Assembly (NCBI GenBank): GCA_963822965.1
Contig: CAWGJT010000005.1
Span: forward strand, 1,440,001 to 1,504,000
Direction of reading: 5' to 3'
Length of the DNA: 64,000 nt
Source: an uncultured delta proteobacterium
GTDB lineage: Bacteria > Myxococcota_A > UBA9160 > UBA4427
Below the pieces are notes generated by a model. It did no database searches, had not been told where the DNA came from, and saw only the letters and a program-made list of their open reading frames with translations. This document shows positions 38,725 to 51,221 of this stretch, piece by piece; positions within the stretch are counted from its first letter, which is position 1; each line of letters starts with the position of its first letter. The translations under genes were made by a program, and so were the position numbers.

Positions 38725-39159
38725 ATGCCTCATCACACCGACGACGAAAAGGTCGCCGAGGAGCTCTCGCGCCACGGCCTTCGTGCCACACGCCAACGCG
38801 TTGCGGCGCTCCGTCTCCTCCGTCTCCAGAAGAACCACCCGACTTCGGCGGAGCTCCACGCTCGGATGCTGCCCGAGCACGGGAACGTGAGCCAGAAGAC
38901 CATCTACGAGATCCTGGACGCCCTGGTCCGGGTGGGCCTGGCTTCTCGGGTGACGGCGGTCGGCGAGCCCTACCGATACGAGGCGAGGCCAGAGCCCCAC
39001 TATCACGCGACGTGTCGCGTTTGCGGGCGGCTGTACGACGTTCCGGCGAGTGCGGATTCCCAGATCCGCGGACGCGCGAGTCTTCCGGAGGGCTTCCACG
39101 TCGAGAAGATCGACGTCACGATTCGCGGCGTGTGCCTTCGCTGTCGGGACGAGATCTGA
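38725..39159 (+). CDS. Fur/PerR-family regulator (FurA-like)
   Basis: GLRATRQR, HPTSAE, HYHATCRVCG, GVCLRC; directly upstream of katG. Confidence 0.92.
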   Translation: MPHHTDDEKVAEELSRHGLRATRQRVAALRLLRLQKNHPTSAELHARMLPEHGNVSQKTIYEILDALVRVGLASRVTAVGEPYRYEARPEPHYHATCRVCGRLYDVPASADSQIRGRASLPEGFHVEKIDVTIRGVCLRCRDEI

Positions 39160-39214
39160 GACGAATCGCCGCGCTCCAACGACCCGGCTCCTTGCGGTTT
39201 GCCGCGTGGACGAT

Positions 39215-41546
<2,332 letters not shown>

Positions 41547-41560
41547 GCATCGCGACGCTT

Positions 41561-41589
41561 GGGGGACCCGGCTTCGAGCCGAGTCCCCC
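41561..41589. terminator. Hairpin between convergent genes
   Basis: gggggac-c-cggct-tcg-agccg-a-gtccccc; no clear U-tract. Confidence 0.5.
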
Positions 41590-41611
41590 TCTGCCTCGGC
41601 GATCGGATCCG

Positions 41612-42358
41612 TCAGCGGGCCATGATCGACTTCATCGGCTGTCCCCAGGCCTTGATCGTGCGGCTGAGATCGGAGCCGAGGAAGTTCGAGCTGAGGCGAA
41701 GCTCCGCGAGGAACGCGAGCCACTCCGGATTGGTGGCGATGGACTCGTTCCACTTCTCCATCTCGGCCTGGCTCTCGTACCCGACGACGATGCCGTGGCT
41801 CACCGGGCTGATGCCGCCGGCGACCACCGCGGTGAGGTGCACCTGACCGGGGAGCTTCTTGCCCGTCGCGGACTGCATGAAGCGGTCGACTGTCGCCGCG
41901 AACGCGGTCGGGTCGGACACATCGAAGGCGAAGTTTCGCCACACGACGTCGGCGTCGGAGATGTCGCCCCAGCTGCGCAAGGTCTGCATCCGCAGGGTTC
42001 CGGCGCCTCGACCCACGGGCTCGAGCGCGCCGAGGAATTCGGCCCAGGCGGGATCGGCCTGGAGCTTCTGGGAGAACGCTTCGTACTCCGCGACGGAGTT
42101 GTAGAGAGCGACGAAGGAATGGGTGGCGGGATCACTGCCATCGGCCAGGTTGGCGAGTAGCAGGAGACGTCCCTTGTTCTGCTTCATGATGGCTGCGCTT
42201 TGCAGCTTCTCGGTGGCCGCGAGGACCTTGGGTGCATTGGCCGGTGCGACGACGAAGCCGGTCACCTGATAGCCGGGACCGGCGAACGCCGCATGAGCGA
42301 CGAGAAGCACGCTGGCGAGCACTGCAATGATGGCGATCCTTTCGAAACGCGAGGACAT
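41612..42358 (-). CDS. Secreted hypothetical protein with two repeated alpha/beta domains
   Basis: Signal peptide ending AFA; THSFVALYNSVAE..DPAWAEF repeated as SHGIVVGYESQAE..NPEWLAF. Confidence 0.75.
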   Translation of the reverse strand: MSSRFERIAIIAVLASVLLVAHAAFAGPGYQVTGFVVAPANAPKVLAATEKLQSAAIMKQNKGRLLLLANLADGSDPATHSFVALYNSVAEYEAFSQKLQADPAWAEFLGALEPVGRGAGTLRMQTLRSWGDISDADVVWRNFAFDVSDPTAFAATVDRFMQSATGKKLPGQVHLTAVVAGGISPVSHGIVVGYESQAEMEKWNESIATNPEWLAFLAELRLSSNFLGSDLSRTIKAWGQPMKSIMAR

Positions 42359-42593
42359 ATGGTTCTCCACTTCGCCACCTACAGGGCAGTGAGTTCCCTC
42401 AACACCAACCGAGAATCGGGTTTGAATCGCGCAGTCGGCCAACTGCGGGGGCGTGCGCGGGCGCGATACTATCAGCGACGCCGTCCCGGCGCCCGCTTCT
42501 TGTTAGGCAACGTGAGGGATCGGTGCCCGGGTCACGACAGTTCCGGGCATGTCGCGTCCAACTCGGGCTTCCGCGTCGCGGCGCGCCCGTTGG

Positions 42594-43144
42594 TCAGGGA
42601 CAGGGTCCGGTCCCGCACTGGTTCGTCGCAACCTGGACGCTCAGGTTTGCGTTGACCTGAGAGTTGGCGTTTCCGCCGTTGTTCGCATACAGGATGTTCG
42701 AGCCCCAGGCGACTTCGTTGAGCAGCAGACCCACGCCGTCGTTGTCGTAGGCGACGTTGTCGAGGACGAGGGAGCCGGGGCCCACGAAGGACTGGATGCT
42801 TCCGTTGCGCAGCTCGAAGTTGTCGCTGCCGGTCTCGACCCGGACTCCGTTGGCGATGATGCCGGTGGACGGTCCGAGGATGCGGAAGCCGTTCAGGTCG
42901 ATCGTCACGTCCCGCGCCTGCACCATGATCCCGTTCGAGGCGGCGGGGGTGGTGAGGTTGCCGGTGAGCCGGTAGCTCCCGGGCTGGCCCACGGTCACCG
43001 GAAAGCCCGGCGTGTCCGCCGGCGACACCCCGCCCGCCAGCGCCCGCGCCTGGTTGATCTCGATCACGCCGTCTACGGCTGCCGCGGGCACGGCCAGCCC
43101 AGCGCGCAGGCGACAGCGACCACGAAGAGAAGGCACGCTCGCAT
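42594..43144 (-). CDS. Secreted beta-helix-like protein; frameshift near 43098
   Basis: MRACLLFVVAVACAL leader in one frame; DGVIEINQA..PGFPVT..PGSYRLTGNL..VTIDLNGF in another; joined by adding one G to a G-run. Confidence 0.65.
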
Positions 43145-43395
43145 GCTGCACTCCCGCATGGGTTCCCGAAGACTCGAGCATACATCCTCGTCTGGCTCGG
43201 CCGAGCCGGACTGCTGGAAGAGCAGACGACTCCCTGGGCCAGGCGCCGCAGCCTTCGTGCGGGTCGATCGGCATCCCACCGCCCCGCACGGTGGCCCCCC
43301 TTGCCCGTGGCCGGCGAGCCCGCGCCGACGAGCACGAACTGCTCCGACACCCACCGTTCCGGGGGCGATGCCGATCCGATAGCCTGCGCGCCCTC

Positions 43396-44979
43396 ATGTC
43401 CCGCCGCACGCCGCGCACGACCGACGAGGGGGAAGGGCGCGCTCCCGCCGCCAGCACGAGCAATGCCGGTGCGCGCGAGCGCGCGGCGGCCCGCCACGTG
43501 GTCGAGGCCGACATCGAGGAGCTCGGCGACCCGGAGACGGCGCCCGGCCTGCCGGCGACGACCCTGGCGGCGGCGGGCGCCCGAACGGACCGGTCCTCCA
43601 CCCTGGCCCGGCCGCGGCCGATCGGGCCGGACCGGTCCCTCGTCGGCGAGCTCCTGCGCCTCGGCTGGCCGGTGATGCTGGGCCAGGCCCTCGTCAGCCT
43701 CGCGGGGCTCGTCGACCGGGCGATGATCGGGCGCCTCGAGGGCGACATGGGATCGGCGGTTCCCCTGGCGGCCGTCGGCTACGCGACGCAGTTCTTCTCC
43801 CTGATCCAGTCCGCTCTCTTTGCCGTCGGGCTCGCGTGCGTCGCGCTGATGGCTCGCGCGATCGGGGCGGGCGATCCCCAGCGCGCCCGGGACTGCCTGG
43901 CCGCGTCGCTGCAGGTGGCGATCGGCGTGACGCTGGCCTTCACGGCGGTGATGCTGGCGGCGCCCGAGCAGCTGCTGAAAATCCTCGGCGCGCGGCCCGA
44001 CGTGATCGACAGCGCTCTCGTCTACCTGCGGCTCGTGGTGGGCTCGTCCGTGCTGCTCGCGGTCACGCTCACCCTCGACAGCGCACTGCGGGCGGACAGG
44101 AACACGCGCACGCCGATGATCATCGGCTTCGTGGTCACCGCGGTGAAGCTGGCGCTCAACTGGGTGCTCATCTTCGGCGCGCTCGGCGCGCCGCGCCTCG
44201 GGCTCGCGGGTGCGGGCTGGGCCACGGTGGCGTCCCAGCTCGTCGGCGTGGCGATCTACGTCGTGCTGGTCGCGCGGGTGCCGGCGACGGCACCCACGGC
44301 CCTCCAATGGCGCGCGCTGCTGCGGCCGCACGCCGTCGTCGGCCAGGTGATCCGCGTCGCGGCGCCGGGCGTCGCGGAGCGCGTCGTCCTGAACCTGGGG
44401 CTTCTGAGCTACTTCTGGGTGCTGTCGAGCTACTACGGCACCGTCGCCGTCGCCGCGTACTCGGTCGGCGTCCCGCTGCTTTCCTTCTCCTGGATCCCGG
44501 GCAACGGCTACGCCCAGGCGTGCGCGACCCTGGTCGGCCAGCGGCTGGGCGCCCGGGACTCTGCCGGAGCGTGGCGCGCGGGCGTGCAGGCGGCGCTGCT
44601 CGCCCTCTGCACCGCGATTCCGCTGGCGGTGCTCTTCGGCGCCCTGCGCTTTCCGCTCGCGGAGCTCTTCACGTCCGATCGCGTCGTCATCGAGGCCCTG
44701 GGTCCCTTCATGCTGGCGCTCGCGCTCGGCCAGCCCTTCCTGCAGCTGCACTTCACGCTCGGCGGAGCCCACCGCGGCGCCGGCGACACGATGACACCGC
44801 TCATCGCCGCGGCGGTCGGCAACTGGGTCTTCCGCGTGCCCGCCGCATGCTTCTGCGCGATCGTGCTCCACACCGACGTCGTCTTCGTCTGGTACGCGCT
44901 GATCTTCGACCACCTGGCGCGTGCCGTGATCCTCGGCCTGAGCTTCCGCCGGGGCAAGTGGATGACGACCCTCGAATAG
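43396..44979 (+). CDS. MATE family efflux transporter
   Basis: LGWPVML, VDRAMIGRL, LNWVLIFG..PRLGLAGAGWAT, GAGDT; start uncertain. Confidence 0.92.
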   Translation: MSRRTPRTTDEGEGRAPAASTSNAGARERAAARHVVEADIEELGDPETAPGLPATTLAAAGARTDRSSTLARPRPIGPDRSLVGELLRLGWPVMLGQALVSLAGLVDRAMIGRLEGDMGSAVPLAAVGYATQFFSLIQSALFAVGLACVALMARAIGAGDPQRARDCLAASLQVAIGVTLAFTAVMLAAPEQLLKILGARPDVIDSALVYLRLVVGSSVLLAVTLTLDSALRADRNTRTPMIIGFVVTAVKLALNWVLIFGALGAPRLGLAGAGWATVASQLVGVAIYVVLVARVPATAPTALQWRALLRPHAVVGQVIRVAAPGVAERVVLNLGLLSYFWVLSSYYGTVAVAAYSVGVPLLSFSWIPGNGYAQACATLVGQRLGARDSAGAWRAGVQAALLALCTAIPLAVLFGALRFPLAELFTSDRVVIEALGPFMLALALGQPFLQLHFTLGGAHRGAGDTMTPLIAAAVGNWVFRVPAACFCAIVLHTDVVFVWYALIFDHLARAVILGLSFRRGKWMTTLE

Positions 44980-45145
44980 CGACGATGGACGACCCGGGAC
45001 GGAGCGCCGAAGTCGGGCGCGAACCTCGGGAAGCCCTGCAGCGGACCTCCCGCAGCGCTCCCCGACCTCGAGCCCGATACGCCTGGAATGCCCTACCGTC
45101 CGCCCGTTCCCCGGAGAGGAACGAGGCCAGCGGCTCGGGGACGGG

Positions 45146-45439
45146 ATGTCGGATCGAACGGACGCAGCGGCACTCTCCCCTGAGCTGCTGGTGAAGCTCG
45201 CCCGGACGCGCATGCCCTTCGGTCGCTATGCGGGCCGGCTGCTGGTCGACCTTCCGGAGCCCTACGTGGTGTGGTTCCGCGGGCAGGGCTTCCCGCGCGG
45301 AAGGCTCGGCGAGATGCTCGCCCTGCTCTACGAGATCAAGGCGAACGGGCTCGAGTCCCTCGTCCGCCGCGTCGCCGAGCAGGAGGCCCCAGCCGAGGAC
45401 GGGCCCGCGCCTCGGACGACCGGGCGGACCCGGCGATGA
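45146..45439 (+). CDS. DUF3820-family protein
   Basis: MPFGRYAGRLLVDLPEPYVVWF..GFP.G.LG..EIKANGL. Confidence 0.88.
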   Translation: MSDRTDAAALSPELLVKLARTRMPFGRYAGRLLVDLPEPYVVWFRGQGFPRGRLGEMLALLYEIKANGLESLVRRVAEQEAPAEDGPAPRTTGRTRR

Positions 45440-46038
45440 AGAGCCGCTGGAACCACAACCTCCACTACCAGCGGCTGATCCTGCAGGCGGCGCCGGCCGG
45501 CTGCCGGAACGCGCTCGACGTCGGCTGCGGCGAGGGCGTGCTGGCGCGCGAGCTGCGCTCGGTGTCGGAGCGCGTCGTCGGGATCGATCTCGATCCGTCC
45601 TCGATCGAGCTGGCGCGCGCCCAGGGAGGAGAGGGCATCGAGTACGTGCTGGGCGACGTCCTCGAGCATCCCTTCGAGCCCGGAAGCTTCGACCTGGTCG
45701 CCTCGGTGGCCGCGCTGCACCACATGGACGCCGAGACCGGCCTCGCGCGCCTGGCCGGGCTCGTGCGGCCGGGGGGCGCGCTGGTCGCGATCGGCCTGGC
45801 GCGCTCGCGCTCCCTGGTCGACTACGCGTGCGACGTGGGCGGAGCGATCGCGACGCGCTGGCACAAGCACGTGCTGCGCAAGGGCTACTGGGAGCACACC
45901 GCGCCCCAGGTCTGGCCGCCGCCGCTCGACTACACGCAGGTACGACGCACCGCCGAGCGCGTGCTGCCCGGCGTCGTCTACCGGCGGCATGCGATGTGGC
46001 GCTACTCGCTCGTGTGGATGCGGCCGCCGGGCGGGTGA
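45436..46038 (+). CDS. Class I SAM-dependent methyltransferase
   Basis: WNHNLHY, ALDVGCGEG, SVAALHH. Confidence 0.9.
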   Translation: MKSRWNHNLHYQRLILQAAPAGCRNALDVGCGEGVLARELRSVSERVVGIDLDPSSIELARAQGGEGIEYVLGDVLEHPFEPGSFDLVASVAALHHMDAETGLARLAGLVRPGGALVAIGLARSRSLVDYACDVGGAIATRWHKHVLRKGYWEHTAPQVWPPPLDYTQVRRTAERVLPGVVYRRHAMWRYSLVWMRPPGG

Positions 46039-46123
46039 TCGTCGAGCCTCTGCGCGGTCGTGCCGTCGTCGGATCGCCCCAGGCGGCCTCCCGAGCTGCG
46101 TCCGGGGATGGACGCGCGCGCGC

Positions 46124-47399
46124 CTATCCCGCGGCCGCGGCCAGCTCGAGCCGCGCGGGTCCCCGCACCAGGACGAGTCGACGTACTCGAGGGTCGGCCG
46201 GGCTGCGCACCCGGCCGGGCAGCAGGTCCACCAGGGCGTCCAGCGCGAGGCGCGCCTCCAGGCGCGCCAGCGAGGCGCCCAGGCAGAAGTGGATGCCGAA
46301 GCCGAAGGCCAGGTGGCCCTGGGGATTGCGATCGACCCGGAACGTGTCGGCGTCCGGGCCCCACTGGCGCTCGTCGCGGTTGGCCGAGCCCAGCAGCGGG
46401 ACCACGATGGAGCCCGCGGCGATGCGCGTGCCGGCGATCTCCACGTCGCGCGTGGCGCGCCGGAAGACGAGCTGGACCGGGCTGTCGTAGCGCAGGGCCT
46501 CCTCCACCAGGGCGGGCACGAGGCTGCGATCCGCGTGCACCCGGGCCAGCTCTTCGGGATGCGCGAGCAGCGCGCAGGTCGCGTTGCCGATCAGGTTGGT
46601 CGTCGTCTCGTTGCCCGCCGCCAGCAGCAGGATCACGAACATCACCACCTCGACGGTCGAGAGGCCGGCCTCGCCTTCCCGGGCCTGGACGAGCACGCTG
46701 ATCAGGTCGTCGCCCGGCTCGCGCTCGCGCCGCTCCACGATCGTCGCCGATGTAGCGCTGGAGGTCTCGCCATGGCGCCGGCGAAGCCGGACTCGACGGG
46801 GTCGCGGTCGCGGCCCGATCCCGAGATCCCCGAGATGATCGCGTCCGACCAGCGCTTGAAGTCGCCCATGCGCTCCGGGTCGACGCCGAGGATCTCGGCG
46901 ATGAGCGTCACCGGAAGCGGGATGGCGAGGTCGTGGACCACGTCGAAGTCGCCTCCCTCGCGAAGCCTCGCCATGCAACGGCCGACGATCTCCTGCCCGC
47001 GCGCCTCCCAGGCCTGGATCCTTCGCGGGGTGAAGCCCCGATTCACGATGCTGCGCATGACTCCGTGCGAGGGCGGGTCCTCGGCGATCAGATTGCGCGC
47101 GGTCAGCAGCTCGTGGACCTTGAAGGGCAGCGACTGCGCCAGGGCGATCATCCGCTGCGAGGGTCGCCGGATCGCTCCATGGCCTGGGGTCCCGAGCCGC
47201 TGATCAGCATGGTGCGCATGGCGTCCGACGAGAAGAGCTCCGGGCTCTTGAGCACGAAGGCGACGTCCTCGTAGCGCGAGACCACCCAGCCGCGCGTCGC
47301 CTCCGCCCAGTGGACGGGGGCCTCGTCGCGCAGCGCGGCGTACCAGGGGTAGGGGTTCTCGCGCACGGCGGGTGAGAACGGGTCGTACTGGGTCGTCAT
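46124..47399 (-). CDS. Cytochrome P450 split over three frames (near 47170 and 46765); pseudogene or sequencing errors
   Basis: NPYPWYAALR; DPPSH..R; LLAAGNETT, EEALRY, HLAFGFGIHFCLG. Confidence 0.85.
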
Positions 47400-48143
47400 C
47401 GCGACGGGTCTCCTTGGCTCTCTTCTTCGAGGGGCGAAGAGGCCGCTTCGGCGGGCGCGAATGGATGCAGGGGGCGGAACCAGCCGAGGCGCTCCGACGC
47501 CGAGCAGGCGGCGCGCGGTGCGCACGAGGTCCCGGCGATGGGCGGCGAGCTCGGCGGAAGCAAGCGGATCGAAGTCCTCGCCGGGCAGCACGCTGCGCAG
47601 CGCCGCGAAGTAGAAGACCGACGCACCGACGATGGCGCTGATCACGTGGAAGGGATCGGGCCGGATGGGATTCAGCTCGCCCGATCGCTGGCCTTCCTCG
47701 AACAGGCGGCGGCTCATGGCGAGGAAGGCCGGGGCGCGCGGGAAGATGGGCTCGGGGTCGTCGGTCGGGGCGTCGGCCGCCTTGCGCAGGATGAGCCGCG
47801 CCATGGCGGGGCGCGCCGCGAGCGCATCCACCCAGACCTCGATCGAGGCGTCGATCCGGTCGGCGAGCGGGCCGCGGCCCGCCAGGACGGCCTCGAGCCG
47901 GGACAGGAGATCGGCGAAGACGTCCTCGACCACGGCCTCGTAGAGCGCCCGCTTGTCGCGGAAGTGGTAGAAGAGTGCGGCGCGCTTCAGCCCGACCTCG
48001 TCGGCCACGTCTTCGAGCCGCGTCTCGCGGAAGCCGCGCTGGGCGAACTGGCGCTCGGCTGCGGCGAGGATGGCGGCCCGCGTGCGCTCGGCCTTGGTCC
48101 GCCAGGGCGTCGAATTCGGGGTGGAGAGAGCGTGACCGGGCAT
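47400..48143 (-). CDS. TetR/AcrR-family regulator (no stop before the P450; 3' end uncertain)
   Basis: RTRAAILAAA, VADEVGLKRAALFYHFRDK. Confidence 0.85.
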
Positions 48144-48151
48144 CGAGGCGA

Positions 48152-48204
48152 TTTTCTACTAGCGAGTAGATTGTGTCCAGAAGAATCGACCGCGGAGTAG
48201 AAAA
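48152..48204. promoter_or_regulatory. Paired TetR-type operators
   Basis: tctact-agcg-agtaga palindrome (48155-48170) and an inverted degenerate copy ending agtagaaaa, just upstream of the TetR start. Confidence 0.55.
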
Positions 48205-48274
48205 TACCTCCGGTACGAAAGCGGCTCGTGCGTCAGCTCCTCGACGACCTCGAGGGGCTCGCCCCGCCGAGCGC

Positions 48275-49852
48275 TCAGCCGCCCGACACCCCGAGCTCGC
48301 GCGCTACCTCCATCGCACAGCCATACCCCGGAAGGAACGTGACGCCCGGACCGGGGTGGCAGCTGGCGCCGCAGAGATAGAGGCCCGGGACCGGCGTGCG
48401 GTGCGCGGAGCCGGGAACGAGCGTGCGCGCGCCCAGCATCTGGTCGGGGTGGATGAGGCCATGGGTGAAGTCGCCGCCGGTCGCGCCCTGCATGGCGGCG
48501 AAGTGATCCGAAGAGAAGACGGCCGACTCGACGATCAGCGCGCGGAAGCCGGGATACACCTGGCCGATGCGATCGATGATGCGTTCGGCCATCTCGTCGC
48601 GCAGCTTGCCGCGCGCCTGCTTCGGCGCCTCGCAGGGAAAGTAGAAGCCATACGTGGTGCCGAGGTGGTAGCCCTCGGGCGCGAGCGTCGGATCGACCAC
48701 CGTGGGGATCTGCAGCGCGGCGGGCGGGTTGCGGGGCAGCTCGCCGGCAATGCACGCCTCGTAGCTCGCCTGCAGGTCGTCGGGGTCGGCGAAGAGCGAC
48801 ATGTTGAAGCGCGTGAAGGGGTCGGCGTTCAGGTACTCGAGCGGCGGCCCGTAGCGCGGCAGCCCCTTCAGCTTGAAGAGCAGGTGCACGTAGGCGCCGC
48901 GCTGGTCGATGCCGCGGATGCGCTCGGCGGTCTCCGCCGGCACGTGCTCCTCGCCGACCAGGCCGAAGAACGTGGCGGGCTTGTCGAGATTCGAGAGCAC
49001 CGCCCGCGCCCGGATCTGCTCGCCGTCGCGCAGCTCCACCCCCACCGCCCGGCCGTCCTCGACCAGGATCCGTCGCACGGCCGTCCCGAGCCGCACCTCG
49101 CCGCCCTTGGCCTCGATCGAGCGCTGCAGCGCCTCGGAGAGCGACCCCATGCCGCCGCGCACCCGCTTCATCAGCCCGCCCGCGTCGTTGGGCGAGAGCG
49201 TGTAGACGAGGCAGAAGGCGCTGCCCTTCGTGTACGGCCCCTTGTAGGTCGACTGCACGGCCGCGAACGCCAGCAGCGCCCGCAGCGGCCGATGCTTCTC
49301 CTTGTCGGGGAAGAAGCGATCGATGAGATCCATCGCGCTACCCCGGAACGCCAGCTCCAGCTGCCGGCGCACCCGCGCGCTCGGCGCGGCCGCCAGCAGG
49401 GCCTCCATGTCGCGCGGCTCGCTGCCGGCCTCGTAGCGGGCCATCACCTTCGCGGGTTGCCGCGTGAAGGCGACGAGGCGCGCGAAGCCCAGCAGTGCGC
49501 TCGTGCCGAAGCGGCGCCAGATGCCGAAGGCCAGGCGGAGGGGGTTGGAGTAGAAGACCACGGGCGGGTCGTCGGGCCCCGAGAGCGTGCACGACATCAC
49601 GGGCAGGTCGATCAGCTCGACCCCGTAGCGGGCGAGCTCGAGCTCCTCCATCAAGCCGGGTGCGAGCGGGAAGAGCAGCGAGGCGCCGACGTCGTTGCGG
49701 CAGCCGGTCAGGATCTCACGGGTCCCCGCCATGCCGCCCGGGTAGCGGTTCTTCTCGAGGCAGACGACGTGCAGGCCGCGCTTGGCGAGGAGGGCGGCTG
49801 CGGCCAGGCCGTTGTGACCGGCTCCGACGATGACGGCGTCGACTTCCTGCAA
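48275..49852 (-). CDS. Phytoene desaturase-like FAD-dependent oxidoreductase
   Basis: IVGAGHNGL, RGGMGSLS, GLYLCGASCHPGPGV; GGAGGAG RBS before TTG 49852. Confidence 0.9.
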   Translation of the reverse strand: MQEVDAVIVGAGHNGLAAAALLAKRGLHVVCLEKNRYPGGMAGTREILTGCRNDVGASLLFPLAPGLMEELELARYGVELIDLPVMSCTLSGPDDPPVVFYSNPLRLAFGIWRRFGTSALLGFARLVAFTRQPAKVMARYEAGSEPRDMEALLAAAPSARVRRQLELAFRGSAMDLIDRFFPDKEKHRPLRALLAFAAVQSTYKGPYTKGSAFCLVYTLSPNDAGGLMKRVRGGMGSLSEALQRSIEAKGGEVRLGTAVRRILVEDGRAVGVELRDGEQIRARAVLSNLDKPATFFGLVGEEHVPAETAERIRGIDQRGAYVHLLFKLKGLPRYGPPLEYLNADPFTRFNMSLFADPDDLQASYEACIAGELPRNPPAALQIPTVVDPTLAPEGYHLGTTYGFYFPCEAPKQARGKLRDEMAERIIDRIGQVYPGFRALIVESAVFSSDHFAAMQGATGGDFTHGLIHPDQMLGARTLVPGSAHRTPVPGLYLCGASCHPGPGVTFLPGYGCAMEVARELGVSGG

Positions 49853-49986
49853 TGGGATCTCCTCCATCCATCTGGTGCCGGGTGGCCCGCTCGGGGGCTC
49901 GTCCGGGCGGTCGGCGGCGCGGGAGAACAATAGAGGACAACCGCTCGGAATTGACCGACCCTTGCCGCGAGCGCCACGGAGACCGG

Positions 49987-51201
49987 ATGGACCTGCGCGG
50001 GAACCTCACCCTGGGCGGCCGCGTGGCGCGCGCCCTGACCCGCATCGCCGCCGACCGCACCCGGGAGTGGCGCGGCGCCGCCCTGCCGAGAACCCCCGAG
50101 CAGATCGCCCGGCCGGAGGTCGTCAACGCGTTGCTTGCGGCGCACGGCGACGATCCGCTGCCCCGGGTCATCCGGGTGGGCCTGCCCGACGTCCGCTTCG
50201 AGAGCAGCAACTGCCAGAACTTCCTGATCGAGGTCGAGTGGGAGGACCCGATCGGCCGCGAGGGCGCGCCCCTTCCCGAGAGCCTCTACGTCAAGCTGCC
50301 GTGCGCCGAGCTGGGCACGCGTGCCTTCGCGAACGCGGTGGGCTTCTGGGCGGTGGAGTGCGCGTTCGCTCGCCGCGTGGCTCGGCAGGTGCCCATCCGC
50401 GTGCCCCACGTGTTCGCCGTCTCCGAGCAGGGCGCCCGCTTCGTGCTGCTGCTCGAGAACCTGCACGAGGAGCCCGGCACCCGGCTCTTCACGAATCGTG
50501 ACATGGCCGCGGGGACGACGGTCGAGCAGGCGCGCCTGTGCCTGGAGACCTTCGCGGAGCTGCACGCGGCCTGGTGGGGCGTGGAGGAGGCGCACAGGGA
50601 GGCGCTCTTTCCGACCTCCCTTCACCCCTACCTGGCGCCGGGGGCTCGCGTGCTCACCCGTGCCTTGAACGCCGCCGGAATTGCGCCCGCGCACCGCGCC
50701 GCACCGGATCTCTTCGCCGAGCGCCACGCCGCGCTCTGCCGGCTCGCCATCTCGAAGTGGGATGCACTCGTCGACGCCTGGTACGCCGGCCCGCTCACCC
50801 TGATCCACGGCGACAGCCATCTCGCCAACTGCTTCGAGTACCTGCACGAGGGCGTACCTCGGATGGGGATGATCGACTTCCAAGGGATGCAGTGGTGCCA
50901 CGGCATGCGCGACGTCCAGTACTTCCTGATCAACTCCCTCGATCCGGAGGTGCTGGCCGCGCACGAGGGGGCGCTGATCCAGGCGTATGTGGATGCGCTG
51001 GCAACACGAGGCGTGGAGCTCGACATGGGCGAAGCCTGGGAGAGATACCGCGCGTACTCCTTCCAGACGCTGATGGTGGCGGTGGTCTCCCTGGGGCTCG
51101 GGTCGCTGACGGAGAGGGACGCGACCCTGAGGACGGTGCTCGCGAGGGGCGTAGCGGCGGTGGAGAGGGTGGGCTTTCGCGAGTGGCTGGAGCAGGCGTG
51201 A
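49987..51201 (+). CDS. APH/ecdysteroid-kinase-like phosphotransferase
   Basis: YVK, LLLENL, TLIHGDSHLAN, IDFQ, RDVQYFL. Confidence 0.87.
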   Translation: MDLRGNLTLGGRVARALTRIAADRTREWRGAALPRTPEQIARPEVVNALLAAHGDDPLPRVIRVGLPDVRFESSNCQNFLIEVEWEDPIGREGAPLPESLYVKLPCAELGTRAFANAVGFWAVECAFARRVARQVPIRVPHVFAVSEQGARFVLLLENLHEEPGTRLFTNRDMAAGTTVEQARLCLETFAELHAAWWGVEEAHREALFPTSLHPYLAPGARVLTRALNAAGIAPAHRAAPDLFAERHAALCRLAISKWDALVDAWYAGPLTLIHGDSHLANCFEYLHEGVPRMGMIDFQGMQWCHGMRDVQYFLINSLDPEVLAAHEGALIQAYVDALATRGVELDMGEAWERYRAYSFQTLMVAVVSLGLGSLTERDATLRTVLARGVAAVERVGFREWLEQA

Positions 51202-51221
51202 GGCGCTCCCCGCGCGGCGAA

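Noticed and set aside
47148..48143. TetR-P450 fusion
   Set aside because: Linker looks like intergenic sequence with a GGAG RBS before the P450 ATG, in a region with other apparent indels.
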